DNA from: Azolla caroliniana
Taxonomy: Eukaryota; Plantae; Polypodiophyta
Assembly (NCBI GenBank): GCA_043228905.1
Contig: JBHGNT010000022.1
Coordinates: forward strand, 8,246,001 to 8,310,000
Reading direction: 5' to 3'
DNA length: 64,000 nt
Shown here: in pieces, positions 1 through 12,186 of the stretch
Numbering within the stretch: the stretch's first letter is position 1
Layout of the letters: the number at the start of each line of letters is the position of its first letter
Position numbers and translations under genes: made by a program
The notes under the pieces: generated by a model
What the model saw: only the letters and a program-made list of their open reading frames with translations
Told to the model about the DNA's origin: nothing
The model's database searches: none

Positions 1-721
1 AAATTGTAGATCAGTTCCCATGGTGGCTCTTTCCCCGATTGTAAATCGATGGGGCAATCATATGGTCGATGGTGAGGAAGTGTATTGGCTCGTACTTTAT
101 CGAATACATCGGCATAATGATGATACTTCTTTGGAAGCTGAACAGGGGACTCCTCTTTAATGGTGTCGGAGGGTTTTAGTGATATTGCGAAGAGAAACAT
201 TTCTTCCTTGTGTCCTTCTTCCCGCAACTGATGTAGTGAAATGGTGGCAATCTTCTGAGCAGATCCTCGGGTTTGTCGACACTGGTTTTCTCTTGTTCTC
301 CAATCTGTGTCTGGGTTATGTAACTCGAACCATGGTAATCCCAAAACGGTGGAATGTTCTGGGATACTAATAATGTTAGATGATACTACACATGCTAAGT
401 TATCTAGGACAATATTAATGGGTTCTGATTCTTCTATGATATTTCCGGAAGCAATAGGACGACCATCAATGACAACTACAGAGGTTGGACATGGAAGTTT
501 TCTAAGAGATATCTGATGAGCTTGGGCAAAATTCCTATCCATAAAGCAAGAATTTGCTCCGGAGTCTAGAAGTGCTAAGACGTGTAGTGGAGGGGTACTT
601 TTAGTACTAACTATTACTTGGGCTACGAACACATTGCTAACTTGCTTAGAGGGAATGGAACCACTAATGGGCTGCACAGATCTAGGGCTGTCCAACCAAA
701 CAGCTCCTATTTTGGCTAGAC

Positions 722-1819
722 TTAGTCGTTTAACTCTTCTTCTAACTGACTAAGGACATCAAATTTGTTCGCTAGATCTAGGCTATTAGTACTATTAGTA
801 CTATCAAATATCCCTACTGTAATAGGCTCGGGTTTAGTACAATTAGAACTAGCAACTATTTGGTTTACCTGCCTTCTTGGCCTATGGGGACAATTTATTG
901 CAATGTGTCCTGGTCCACCGCAGTAGAGACATAGTCGATTTGTTCGGCGACGCTGCTTTTCTTCTTCGGATAATGGTCCTCGACGACGTGTAGTGTCAAT
1001 CTCCATCAGAGTCAGAGTATTCACTTGAGGCACATTATAGTACTCCTTGGGTAAAGGTTTTGCTACCATTGAGGCGTAGGTGGGCTCTGATCTTGCCCTC
1101 GGCATCTGTAGCTGTCGTTTTGAACGTCGCTCAAAGAGGCGGTTATCACATCTTACCGCGTGACTGATTGCTTCTGTTAAGGACTTTGGCTCTTCAAGGA
1201 AAGTCAAGAGTAAATCCTTGACATCATTACGTAAACCATAACGAAATTGCTCCATCAATGCTTGATCATCCCAAGGGATGTCTGCGGCGAGTAGACGGAA
1301 ATCTGCAGCGTATGCAGAGGCTGGACGGTCTCCTTGGCGTAATCGCCAGATTTTGTTGATTGCGGTCCTTATGCTGTCAGTATCCGCAAAGCATGCTTTA
1401 AACTCACCTATAAACTCTTCAAAGTTGTTGAGTAATGGAGACTCCTTTTCCAATAGTGGAGCGAACCATGCCAACGCTGAGCCACTTAACAGCGTCCCTA
1501 CTAAACCCACTCGTGATGCATCGGTAGGATATCGGGAAGGATGCATTTGAATAACTAATCATACCTGATTAAGGAACCCTCTAAACTGCAATTGTGTTCC
1601 ATCGAACTTCATGGGAAAGCCAATCTTGGGTTCCTTATGAATCCCTTGTGTTCCGGGCCCTTGTTGTTGCATCGCTACGATGGTTGCTTCGAGTTGTTGC
1701 ATGCGTAATGCAAGTTCCCCATGTTGTTGTTGCATTTGCTGCTTTTCTAATGAGATTTGTTGAAGATCCCCCAGCAACCGTTGATTTTCTTGTTCCAAAG
1801 CAAGGAACTTCTCTTTCAA
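722..1819 (-). pseudogene. gag: Chromovirus gag (PEG10/sushi-like capsid plus CCHC zinc knuckle), one in-frame stop
   Basis: ORFs 1559-1819 and 722-1546: KFDGTQLQFRGFLNQ, LRQG..YAADFR, MEID, CX2CX4HX4C. Confidence 0.9.
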
Positions 1820-1944
1820 GCATTGAAACTCCGAGCTAACAGATTGATATTCCTAAGCGCTAACTGTGGCCATGGGATGAAAAGAAAAGAGAAATAAGAG
1901 ATTAGTATGAAGGGAGAGAGACAGAAGGGAAAATTGGTTCAAAC

Positions 1945-2405
1945 TATCAGGAATAGTACTAAACAGAGATAGGATTAGTACTAAACAGAGAGAGAATTAG
2001 TACTAGAGAAGGGAAGTACTATTAGAACTAAGGGGACGGGACTACGTAAGACTCCCGAGAGAGGAAGAGAGAAGAGGAGAGAGAGAGAGAGATAGCGAGG
2101 ACGAGAGATGATGATAACAGATTATATATTATAAGAAGAGTAAGTACAAAAAGGGCTATGAGGCTAAAGACTGGCGTTGAACCAATTTGGTTCAACATAA
2201 TGCCTAGTGCCCTCTTTTATAGTGTTCTCAAGAGTAATCCTCAAGCTTCTAGAATGTTCCAGAGAAATCTGGAATATACATTAATTTCCTATAATAAAAT
2301 GTAAATGAAAATAATATCTTACGTATTACAATAGATGAAATAATGGTCAAGAGCTCGACCCATATAACCTAAGGTCATGGGTTCAAGTCTTGCCATATCA
2401 TGACA
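1945..2405 (-). repeat. 5' LTR of chromovirus copy 1
   Basis: On the minus strand starts TGTCATGATATGGCAAG and ends TATTCCTGATA; matches the LTRs at 19301 and 27443. Confidence 0.88.
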
Positions 2406-3417
2406 CTGTTTGTTTGGGCAACTCCACGCTTTGGGGATCATCAAGGTTAGCGGGATGTGATTCTAGTGTTATTGCGATGAGGTCCTCAGACTTCAGTCCA
2501 TCTCCTATTTGGAAGGAGAGGATGTGATTGTTGGGTGACAGGAGACATTCGCTTATGCGACACCAATCTAAACCAAGGAGGCATTGTGTGTACATCACTT
2601 TGGGCGGGAGTACCCGAACTAGGATTGAGTGCGCGTTGTATTCTGTCTTGATGCTACACACGAAAGCTCCTAGGCAACATGATGTGGACCCATCGAAGCC
2701 ACGGACGTTATCATTGCTCACTTCAAGGTCTGGGCAACCTAGACGTCTCCATGTTTCGATGGAGAAAAGGGTTAGTGATGCTCCTGTGTCGATTACCGCT
2801 GTCAAAGGTATGTCGTCGACGCAGCATCGTAGTTGTATTGTTCCGTCATTAGACTTGGCCGCCTTAGCCATGGCTATTGGATGGGTGTGTCCTTGTCCCT
2901 TCAATTTCTCTTGCGTATTGCGCAGGTCGGTTTCGAGCCGGGCCATTCGGCCTTCGGAGGCCTTAAGTTTGGCTTCTACCTCTCGTTGCGGAGCCGTGAG
3001 TAAAACCTCGAGTGTGAGGGGTCCATAGTAACGTTTGAGCTTGCTCCCATTGATGAATCCGGGGATGTCAAAACCTTCGAGCGTGCATAGGCGACATGCT
3101 CTTGTCTTGGTAATCTCTGAAACCACATACGGGCCTTCACCCTGTAACTTAAGCTTCTTTTTGTGTCGTTGAGAGGAGAACTTGAGGGCCATGTCGCCTT
3201 CAACGAGGTCTTTGTTCTTGACTTTATTGTCGTGCCACACCTTTCTATTGGCTTTCTCTGCCAAGAGTGCCTGGAATGCGAGAAGGCGAGTTTCTGTCAG
3301 CCGTTCTAGGCTCTCTAGACGTGACGGGAGGGGGTCCCTGTCCCATCGTTCTTGTACGGCAATCCTGAGGCTGGGAACCAGGAACTCGATGGGTAATGTT
3401 GCTTCTTGCCCGTGCAC
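2406..3417 (-). CDS. Integrase C-terminus, coiled coil and a second retropepsin-like aspartic protease in one frame
   Basis: ORF 2398-3417: GPYVV..NGSKLKRYY, then AVIDTGASLTLFS..VRGFDGS..CLLGLDW. Confidence 0.8.
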
Positions 3418-5523
3418 TAGTTTGAATGGTGTGTGGCGAGTTGCGATTTTGTAGGAAGTACGGAAAGCCCATAATGCTGCTTGGAGTTTGGTGCTCTAAT
3501 CAGACCGTGAGGTGGTGATTATCTTTGTGAGCACTACACATAACACCTTATTCGTGCTTTCCGCTTGTCCGTTGCATCGAGGGTAATAAGGAGAATTTTG
3601 CGGTGTGTCACCATAAATTCTCCTAGTAAATGTGCTATCACTTCATTGAGGAAATGTGAGCCTTGGTCACTAATGATTTCGAGCGGACATCCAAACCATA
3701 TAGGAATTTGGTGGTACTACGCGCGTCGGCGTTAACACAAGCTTTAGCTTCGACCCACTTGGTAGCGTAGTTGGTGGCGTAGTCGGTGGTGGTTATTATG
3801 TATCGGTTGAGGTTGGAAGCTGGGCTGATTGGGCCGATAAAGTCGATACCCCATTTCTCGAATGGTTGCCATGCCACCACCGAGCTTAACGTATTGAAAT
3901 CCGCTTTTAGTGGGTGTTTGAAACGTTGGCACTCGTCACAACGGCGTACATACCTTGAACATGGTCTTTTCCTTTTCTCACCATTACCTTGAAGTCGAAC
4001 TCGAGTAACGTTATGATCCATCGTGAGATGCGTCTGGTGGCATGAGTTTTGTTTACTAAGTAGAGTAGGGCTTGATGATCTACAAAAAACGAGAACCAGG
4101 ACGCCAAAAGGTAGTGGCAGAATTTCTTTACGTTGTAAACCATGGCCAAAGCCTCACGTTCCGTCATGGAGTAATTTCGTTCCGCCGCATTCAGTTTGCG
4201 ACTAGCGAAGGTGACCGGTAGGTCGAGTGCCCCTTCACCAGGTTGAGCTACCACTGCACCAATCGCGAAGACGGAAGCGTCGGTGTGAATGTGGAATTTT
4301 TTGGTCCAATCTGGGGGTCGGAGGATGGGGGCCTTAGTTAGGCACTCTTTCAAGAGCTTGAAGGAGTGTGTGCATTCTTCTGTCCACGCGAACTACTTTA
4401 ATAGGGTGTAGAGCAGTCTAGCCTTGTCTGCGAACTTCTTAATAAAGCGTCTATAGTAACCTGCGTATCCTATGAACCCTTGCAATTGTTTCTCATTCGT
4501 GGGGGGTGGCATGTCGAGGATGAGTTTTACCTTTGCCTCATCGGTCGAGATCCCATGCCGGGACACGACGTGCTCTAATATTAATCCGTGCTTGACCTAG
4601 AATTGACACTTGAGTGGGTTGAGAGAGAGTTGATAGGTCCTACATTTTTCGAATGTCAAACAGAGTAGTGTCAGGTGGTCATGCCATTTTGAATGGCAGC
4701 ATAAGTCATCAACATAAGACTCCACCCCTTGTCGTAACCTTGCTGCGAAGATATGGTCTGCCGCTCTTTGGTAGGTGCTCAAGGCACTCCGTGAGTCTAG
4801 AAGGCATCTGTTTATATGCGAACGTACCAAATTCGGTGGTGAAGGTTGTCTTATGTTGATCCTCAGGGACCACAGAGATTTGGTTGTACCCGGAGAACCC
4901 GTCGATGAAGCTATAAGATTCTGTTCCCGTGATTCTTTCGAGTAGATGCTCGATGTAGGGTACTAGGCAGTTGTCCTTGATAGTGGATTCGTTAACTTGG
5001 CGGTAGTCGACACATATGCGGATTTGGCCGTTTTCCTTCAGGACGACTACAATTGGGGAGAACCAAGTAGTTCGTTCGATCTGATAGATAATGCCTGCAG
5101 CCAACATTTTGTTGATTTCAGCTTTACTTGTTGGGCGTAGTTAGGGTTCATTGGGCGTGGCCTTTGCTGAATTGGGCGGGCATCGGCTCGCATGGGGATA
5201 CTATGGGTGATGACCTCGGCTGGGACTCCCTTCATGTCGATGTACGACCATGCAAACATGTCGCTAAATTCCGTGAGGAGAGTGATCAAGGACGTCTCCT
5301 CGTCGGACTCGATATCTGCGGCTATGAATACCGATTTGGAGTCTGTCCCTTTCCCGAGGTTGACTTCTTTCACCCTTGCCGGTCCATCATAGATTTCTCC
5401 TAGGCCTTGGGGGGTTGCGTTGTGGTCTTTTACAAGCCACGACCCTATTCTCTTGTTCATAGAGTTTGAAATTCTCTGGGAAGTCCACTTCCGTCGAAGT
5501 CTTCTAAGTGGTCGTGGCATCAC
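3418..5523 (-). pseudogene. pol: RT, RNase H and integrase core of the non-chromovirus gypsy, frameshifted
   Basis: Fragmented ORFs 5047-5523, 4709-5107, 4597-4830, 3907-4353 and 3638-4021 carrying RT/RH/INT motifs. Confidence 0.9.
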
Positions 5524-6766
5524 CTGGACGTGTGACTCGTTGTACCAGTTCTTCGTCCTTTATGTCTACTTCTTTCTGCCGGGGTCCGAGGGTGGTGATG
5601 TTGAAGAAAGATATTGTGTCTCCGTCCTCTCCGCAACACTTTGTACCGATAGGGTACATTGCGTTGGTAGTGACGAGACCGTGTGCCCAATTCATCTCTG
5701 ACGTCTCGGAAGCGACGGATTGGCCGTCTCTCTCACGTACGTTCCCCTCTTTGGAAGTGGCGAGTCTTTGGGGGAATGGTTGGCCTCTGGTCAAGAGTTG
5801 AACTGTCTTTGTGGGGTTGCACGCTAGGAGGTTGGTCTCGAACTTGGTTGTTTCTGACCAATCATTTACGAGAGGGCTGCCTTCTTGTTCATGCACTTTT
5901 TGTGTGTATGCTTTGATGCGGAAGGTTTTGTTGTCTTTACGCATATAGATTATATCATTCCCGAAATCCATTACTAGGAGGCTTATACGTAGGAATGGTC
6001 TTCCTAGTAAGCACTCGTAGGCCACATGGTTGGATGATCTTGTGACGACGAAGGTGAGATTGAACTCCACTCCGTGGATAGTGAAGTGATGTTCAGGGAT
6101 CATGCCTTCTAGCCTTTGGATGGACCCATCTGCCATTTGTAGTTTGACATCTGAAGGAAGCATTTTTGGGCTCCCCCAGTTACACCAACATTCGTAACTG
6201 ACGATACTTACCCCTGCTCTGGTGTCAATGATTGCGTCACACGTCTTACCATTGACGCAAACTGGTAAGGTGAAACTAGTATCGTCACTCTCGAAGTGAG
6301 CTTCGTGGACATCGACTGGCAGTCCTTCGGGTTGTTTGAGGACTGTGGACGTATGAGGAGTGTGGGTGTGTATCCTTTTGCCATACCCTGCCGATAGGCC
6401 ACCATTGAGGCGTCGGAGGATGTCATGCCATGGTTGAATGTCGAGTTTGAGTAGTTCTTCGAGCGTGAACTCTATTTCCTTGGCGAGTAGAGGTCGTAGT
6501 AGGGGGTTGTCCGCGACGAAGGTGCCAGTGTAGCTCTGCACTTCGCGTAATGTGAGTCGCAATCTTAAATTTAAGATTTTTTGGAGTAGGGTTGTGTTCA
6601 CCTCTTTGATCAGGGTAGGATGGCAAGTGGGGGTGTCGGTGTGTGTGACGACGTGGGGAGGTGAGGGGTTTAACCATTCTTCTAGTTGGTCGAAGTTTAA
6701 GCTTGGGAGTCTAAGTGATTTTTCGAACTGTTCGTGTCGTATGAGCTTGATGTATTCTTCTACCAA
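5504..6766 (-). pseudogene. Canonical gypsy aspartic protease region (active site DTG changed to DTR)
   Basis: CDAIIDTRAGVSIVS..LQMADGS..CLLGRPFL. Confidence 0.85.
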
Positions 6767-6961
6767 TTGTTTCTCAGCTACTAGGTATGCCGCAAGGTGT
6801 GCCGGTAGTTCTTGATTCGGATTGACAAGTAATGTTTCTATGTCTCCCTCCGGTTCTTGATCTTGTTTTGAGGTCTGCGTGGAATTATTCTTTCTATATT
6901 TTCATCTCTTACGTGTGGTCGCGGGGAAACCTTGATCTTGGTAGTTTAAATTGTGCGCTAC

Positions 6962-9045
6962 TCATTGGGCCCGTCTGATGACATTGGCACCGATCGTGGA
7001 TGGTACAATGGACAACAGATTTGTGCCGATCCTTTTCTTCTTTTCCGGGCAATCAGGTAGTAAGTGTTCTTTACCGCACCCTAGGCATGATGTTTCTCTT
7101 TGGAACCATTCAATAAGGTCCTGCGACTGTTGGGTGAGACCTTGCGCTGGTGGTTGTGGGTGCGTGTCGAGTGGGAGGCGTCGTGGTTGTTGGGCCATCT
7201 GATTGTAGTATTCATGTTTGGTTGGGCACTCACTAACCATATGTGGGCCTTGGCAGTTGAAACATTTCAATTCTGACCTTCTTAGACCATTGTTGTTGCG
7301 GTATCCCATTGAGGGTCCACGTTGTTCCCCTCTCAGGACGTACACTTGTATTTGGTCACCTTCGAAGTCCATGAAGTGGGACAACACCTCTTCTTCAATG
7401 CCATACTCCCGGTACGAGTTTTCATATTCGGGGGTGCTCGCCCCGACCTGGGTTTGGTTATTTGTGGTATATTCCAGTTCGGCCAGGCAAGCGCCGATGC
7501 GCGGTAGTTGGGGTTGTTGAGGGAGTATCGTTGGCAGTGGTGGGCGGCTAAGTGGTGGAGGTGAGCGTTGGTGTTCCACCATTGGCGTTTGGCCGTACCT
7601 TCCAGTGGGGGCTTGCCAGCAGTTCTCTTGCATATGCATCACAAAAGCTTTGCACCACTTACAATATTGCGGTCGTCGTTGATGGAGGAGGGGACACTCA
7701 TGTCCTGTGTGGTGGCTGTGGCATTCCGTGCACCTTACATTTTTTTGTTGGGCGTATGCTTGGGGTCTTTCTATATGGGGTGTTCGCGGTGGTGTGGGTA
7801 CAGTAGGGGTGGGTTCTGAAGATTTCTCGTGGTTGTTCGTAGGTGCTTGAGTGGGTATCTGTAACCCGCTCATTGAATCTTCAAAGGTCATCAATATTGT
7901 GCAGGCTTCAACGAACGATCGACACATCCTGGCAATCAAGAAATTTTGGAGTGTCGGATCGAACAACCCGTTAATGAAACGGCTCGTCAACTTGTCATCC
8001 GACATCTTGTCGCTCGGGGTCCAACGATGATGTAGGCTTTTCGTGCAACATACCTAGTCCCTGACCGTTTCGTTCGCTTCTTGCCTGAGGGTGAAAAGTT
8101 GGTCAATTGGGTTCCATTTATTCCCTCGGCGAGCAAAGTTTATCAAGAAATCTTCGATGACATACTCGAAATCGGCAGCGATGTCTTCATTCAAGGTTTG
8201 AAACTAAATTCCGGCTTGGTCATCAAGTGTAAGTCCAAACGCGGCTACCTTGGTGATCTTGATGAGGGGTTCATAAGCGCGACAAATCTGTTTGAACCTC
8301 TCGACATGAACATAGGCATCGCCGAAACCGAGGAAACGGGGTACTAGTTTAGAAATGGTAGCACTCTTCTCACTGTCATTTATGAGGTTTCTCAGATGGT
8401 TTGTGCGTGATCGCTCTTTTTCCATCAATGCTACAAGAGTTTGGATGGATTGTAGCGCTAGTGCGAGTTCGGCGTTTGGAGGTGTAGGGGTAGCTTGGTC
8501 AGGTGTGGGGTTGTGCCCATGCGTGGTGGTGTCGGGTGTCGTGTGTGGCCTTCGTTCGGGCTGTCGCCCGTTGTGCTCAAATGTGTTACGGGGCTATACT
8601 CTTGACCTCGGCGGGGCATGTGCGATGATGTTTCTAGGAGGTGAAGTTTTTGTTGCACTCGTGTGAATCTAACCTTCCTTTCTGCCAAAGCGGCTTCGAT
8701 ATCTCGAGTGATGCTTTCCGGTTGTCCTCCTTTCGCAAGTTGTACCGTCCATAGATTTATTTCGTGTTCTATCACCCGTAACTCTTGCTCTGCGTCTCGT
8801 ATGTGTTGCTCTACACTGAGTGGGTCTGCCATTGAGATCTCCTGTAGTGGGGGTGTGTTGAGAGGTGCTTTAGTTCCTGGGCTCAATGGGAGGTACATGT
8901 TTGGTAGCATCCCTCGAGTTAGCCACCCTCCGTGGTACCGAGTCGGGTTAGATGGGATGGCATCGTGGGTTTGGTTGGTTTGGGTGGACTCCTCCTGGCG
9001 TGCGGGGCGGGTTTTGAACATCTCTATCCATGAGGATTCGGCCAT
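6962..9045 (-). pseudogene. gag: Gag of the non-chromovirus gypsy with four zinc knuckles; the upstream 195-aa ORF is probably its frameshifted N-terminus
   Basis: PRFLGFGDAYVHVERF capsid motif; four CCHC-type motifs in ORF 6962-8005. Confidence 0.75.
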
Positions 9046-9067
9046 GTTTTCCAGTCAAGCTTTTATA

Positions 9068-9236
9068 GGTTCGTCGAAGGATGAATCTTCATCGAAGGTT
9101 GAATCTTCGTCGAAGGATGAATCTTCGTCAAAGGTTGAATCTTTGTCAAAGGATGAATCTTCGTCAAAGTTTGAATCTTCATCAAAGGAAGAATCTTTGT
9201 CGAAGGTTGAATCTTCATCGAAGGATGTTCTTTCGA
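9068..9236. repeat. 18-bp tandem repeat (about 9 units, TCGAAGGWTGAATCTTCR) in the gypsy 5' leader
   Basis: Visible periodicity; translates as SSKDES/SSKVES repeats. Confidence 0.9.
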
Positions 9237-9337
9237 CGAACGTTGTGTGGGAAATTCAAAGTTTTTGGCGCCAACGGTCGTTTCGTGACCCCTGGGATGA
9301 TCCTAAGCCGCGAGACTCGCAGTGGTTACGCTTGCCC

Positions 9338-9950
9338 TGTAACGGCTCAATCTCCACAATGTTTAGTGTTAACCGAACGAATAAACAAAAAATCGACTTA
9401 ATTAAACTATGAAATAGTGAGAAAAAACAGAAAATCGACTTAATTAAACTATGAAATAGTGAGGAAAAACAGAAAATCAACTTAATTGAACTATGAAATA
9501 ATGAGGAAAAACTTAACGATTAGTAAATGATTAAGCACGATATCTCTCTCACTCTCTCAAGCTTTCACTCATAAACAATAGGTTAATAGATATAGACAAT
9601 AAGAAGGAAGAGTATGTTTATTAACCCTCTTTGCTAAGTGGTCTAGCACCAACAAGGAGAGAGATTAGTGTTCTCTAACTAAACACCTCACTAATCTCTC
9701 TTAAGCTCAAAGGTTACAAGAAGGAGGAGAGGAAGCTCTAGCTCTAATCAATAGGAGATCTTTACAAATGGGAGAACCCCCACAAAACCACTACTATGTG
9801 GTTTATATAGCTTTCACGTTTAGGCTATGGGCCTTTCACACTTGGACGTCACTTTGCTTTCTTTTCCTCTTGTTGTTTCCTCTTCGTACTACGTCCTTGT
9901 TGATGCACTCTTATTCATGACTGGTTGTGTTGTTATCCCAACGCTTAACA
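9338..9950 (-). repeat. Probable 5' LTR of the non-chromovirus gypsy, containing three 42-bp tandem repeats (about 9389-9515)
   Basis: TG..CA ends (TGTAAC/CTTAACA), minus-strand TATA near 9805 and AATAAA near 9617; no clear tRNA PBS found. Confidence 0.55.
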
Positions 9951-12145
9951 CATATGCATACACACACACATACACACATACACATATGTACATTCATACA
10001 TGGACATACATACACATACATGACATATGCATATATGCATACACATATGTACATTCGTACATGAATGTTTGAATGTTATGTTTAGTATGTATGTATGTAT
10101 GTATGTATGTATGTATGTATGTATGTATGTATGTATGTGCATGTAATGTATGCATGTATGAATGAATGAATATATATATGTAATGTATGCATAAAATATG
10201 TATGCTTGCATGAATAAACATGAATGAATGGATATATGAATGTACATATGTGTATATATGTAATATGTAATGTATGTGTATGCATATATGTGTGTGGATC
10301 TTTGTTTGTAATATGTATGTATGTGTATGTAAAATATATATGTGAGGGGTATGAATGTTTAAGTTAAATTATAAAAGTGAAAACATTCTAAAGAAAAAAT
10401 TTAAAAAAATGTGGGAGAGGGGTATGAGTGAGAATAGGAAAAAATGGGTAAGGGGTAGGGCTAGAAATAGGAGAAAGTAGAGGAGGGGTAGGGCTGAAAA
10501 TAGGAGAAAGTTGGGGAAGGGTAGGGCTTAGAATATAAAGATTTTTACAAGGGTTGAGTACATAAGCCGGTGACAAATATAACACCCTGTTATGCGATAG
10601 AGTGTAGGTTTGGAGATACAACATGAATAAAAATGAAATACAAAATCCCGGCTACCATGTGCCATCTTGGACATATGAATTACAAGAGAGATAAAGAGAT
10701 ATAAAATGGAATGCATCGCTACTAAATGAAGTCTCATGCTTACGAACAATATATATTATACGTAGTACATACACATACATACATATGACAAACAAACATC
10801 CACACACACATATATGCATACACATACAAATATACATACATTACATATTACATATTACATATATACACATATGTACATTCATATATTCATTCATTCATGT
10901 TTATGTTGGGAGACAGGTCCCTCCGGATGGGAAGGGAGAAGAACAGTGCCAATGAACAAACTCGGCCGAGGCCGAAACCGTATGAGGTGGACCTGGCTAC
11001 GGAGAGCCGGAGGGTACAGACCCGGTTTGAACCGGATGAGGAGTACTCGGCTACGGAGAGCCGGATGATACAGACCCGGTATGAACCGGATGAGGAGTAC
11101 CCAGCTACGGAGAGCCGGATGATGCAGACCCGGTGAAGACCTGATGAGGAGTACCTGGCTACGGAGGGCCGGATTGTGCAGACCCGGTATGAACCGGATG
11201 AGGAGTACCCGGCTACGGAGAGCCGGATGATGAGACATATTCGTAAATATGTTTCTGATAGTCCATCGAGGCTATATTTGTAAATAGCCGAAAAGTCATA
11301 TTAGTATAAATATGACTTAGGGCAAACTTTTAGTTATGGTTGTTGTCATTTCTGTTTTGCACGAGATCAGTGTGTGTAACTGTACATAGAGAGAGAGAAA
11401 GAGAAAAAGAGGTCGTTGCCTCTGTTGTAACCGCCGCCTGTGGCAAAGATCTGTGAGAACGAGGTCGGTGCCTCAGTGAATTCACTGTTGTATATTCTTA
11501 CATAGTGACAGTTTGCAGCCTGTGGGCTGCTGTGGTTTTTCCCTTAGTTTGGGGTTTTCCACGTAAACCTCCTGAGTATCTTTCTCTTCTTCTTGTCCTG
11601 TTTTATTTCTCATTTTCTGTGTATCATTACAAGCTCGGTTGTGGCCGAGCATTGCGCATAAGGAACGATCAGTTCCCGTCAATTTATTCATGCAAGCATG
11701 CATATTTTATGCATACATTATATATATATATATATATACATGCATACATGCATACATTACATGCACATACATACATACATTCATACTAAACATAAGATTC
11801 AAACATTCATGTTCTTTTTTAAATTTAGATTTTTGCCTCCTCCTTTGCTCTACCACCTCTTCTCTCCTCATTGCTATCGTCGCCTCTTCTCCCCTTGTTG
11901 CTTTTGTCCTCGTTTTGCCGCCTCTATTCTCGTTTTGCTACCTCTGTTCTCGTTTTGCTTCCGATGCCGCTGCCGCCACCACTTGCCTTGTCGTGCCGCT
12001 TTTGCTCACCATTATTCTCTGTCGGGGCTGCCACCACTACTCTACAAATATTTTAGAGGTACACATAAGTACAAACATCATACATAAACCAACACATAAA
12101 TTATTAGACATACACACATTCACAGACATACATACATACATACAT

Positions 12146-12186
<41 letters not shown>

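Larger units (their letters stand above)
1..2405 (-). mobile_element. Ty3/gypsy chromovirus (Tcn1-like) copy 1, 5' part (LTR, gag, protease, start of RT); runs off the left edge
   Basis: Gag with CLYCGGPGHIAINC knuckle, protease LLDSGANSCF, and close similarity to the complete copy at 19301-27869. Confidence 0.93.
2406..9950 (-). mobile_element. Non-chromovirus Ty3/gypsy element (Athila/Tat-like integrase end), decayed; 3' part interrupted by the chromovirus LTR at 2405
   Basis: Order gag-PR-RT-RH-INT: RT ICVDYRQVN, IDGFSGYNQI, YVDDL; RH TDASVFAIGAV, NYSMTEREALA; INT WGIDFIGP; C-terminal GPY..INGSKLKRYY. Confidence 0.9.

Noticed and set aside
9261-9280. TTTTTGGCGCCAAC as the PBS of the gypsy element
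   Set aside because: The core is palindromic, lies about 60 bp from the proposed LTR end and shows no extended tRNA match; left unassigned.
8663-9412. 249-aa plus-strand ORF with SSKDES repeats
   Set aside because: Antisense to the gag region plus an 18-bp DNA repeat; no domain recognised.
10975-11232. Regular repeats as a possible CRISPR array
   Set aside because: Head-to-tail units with no unique spacers, inside a eukaryotic LTR, and no cas genes.
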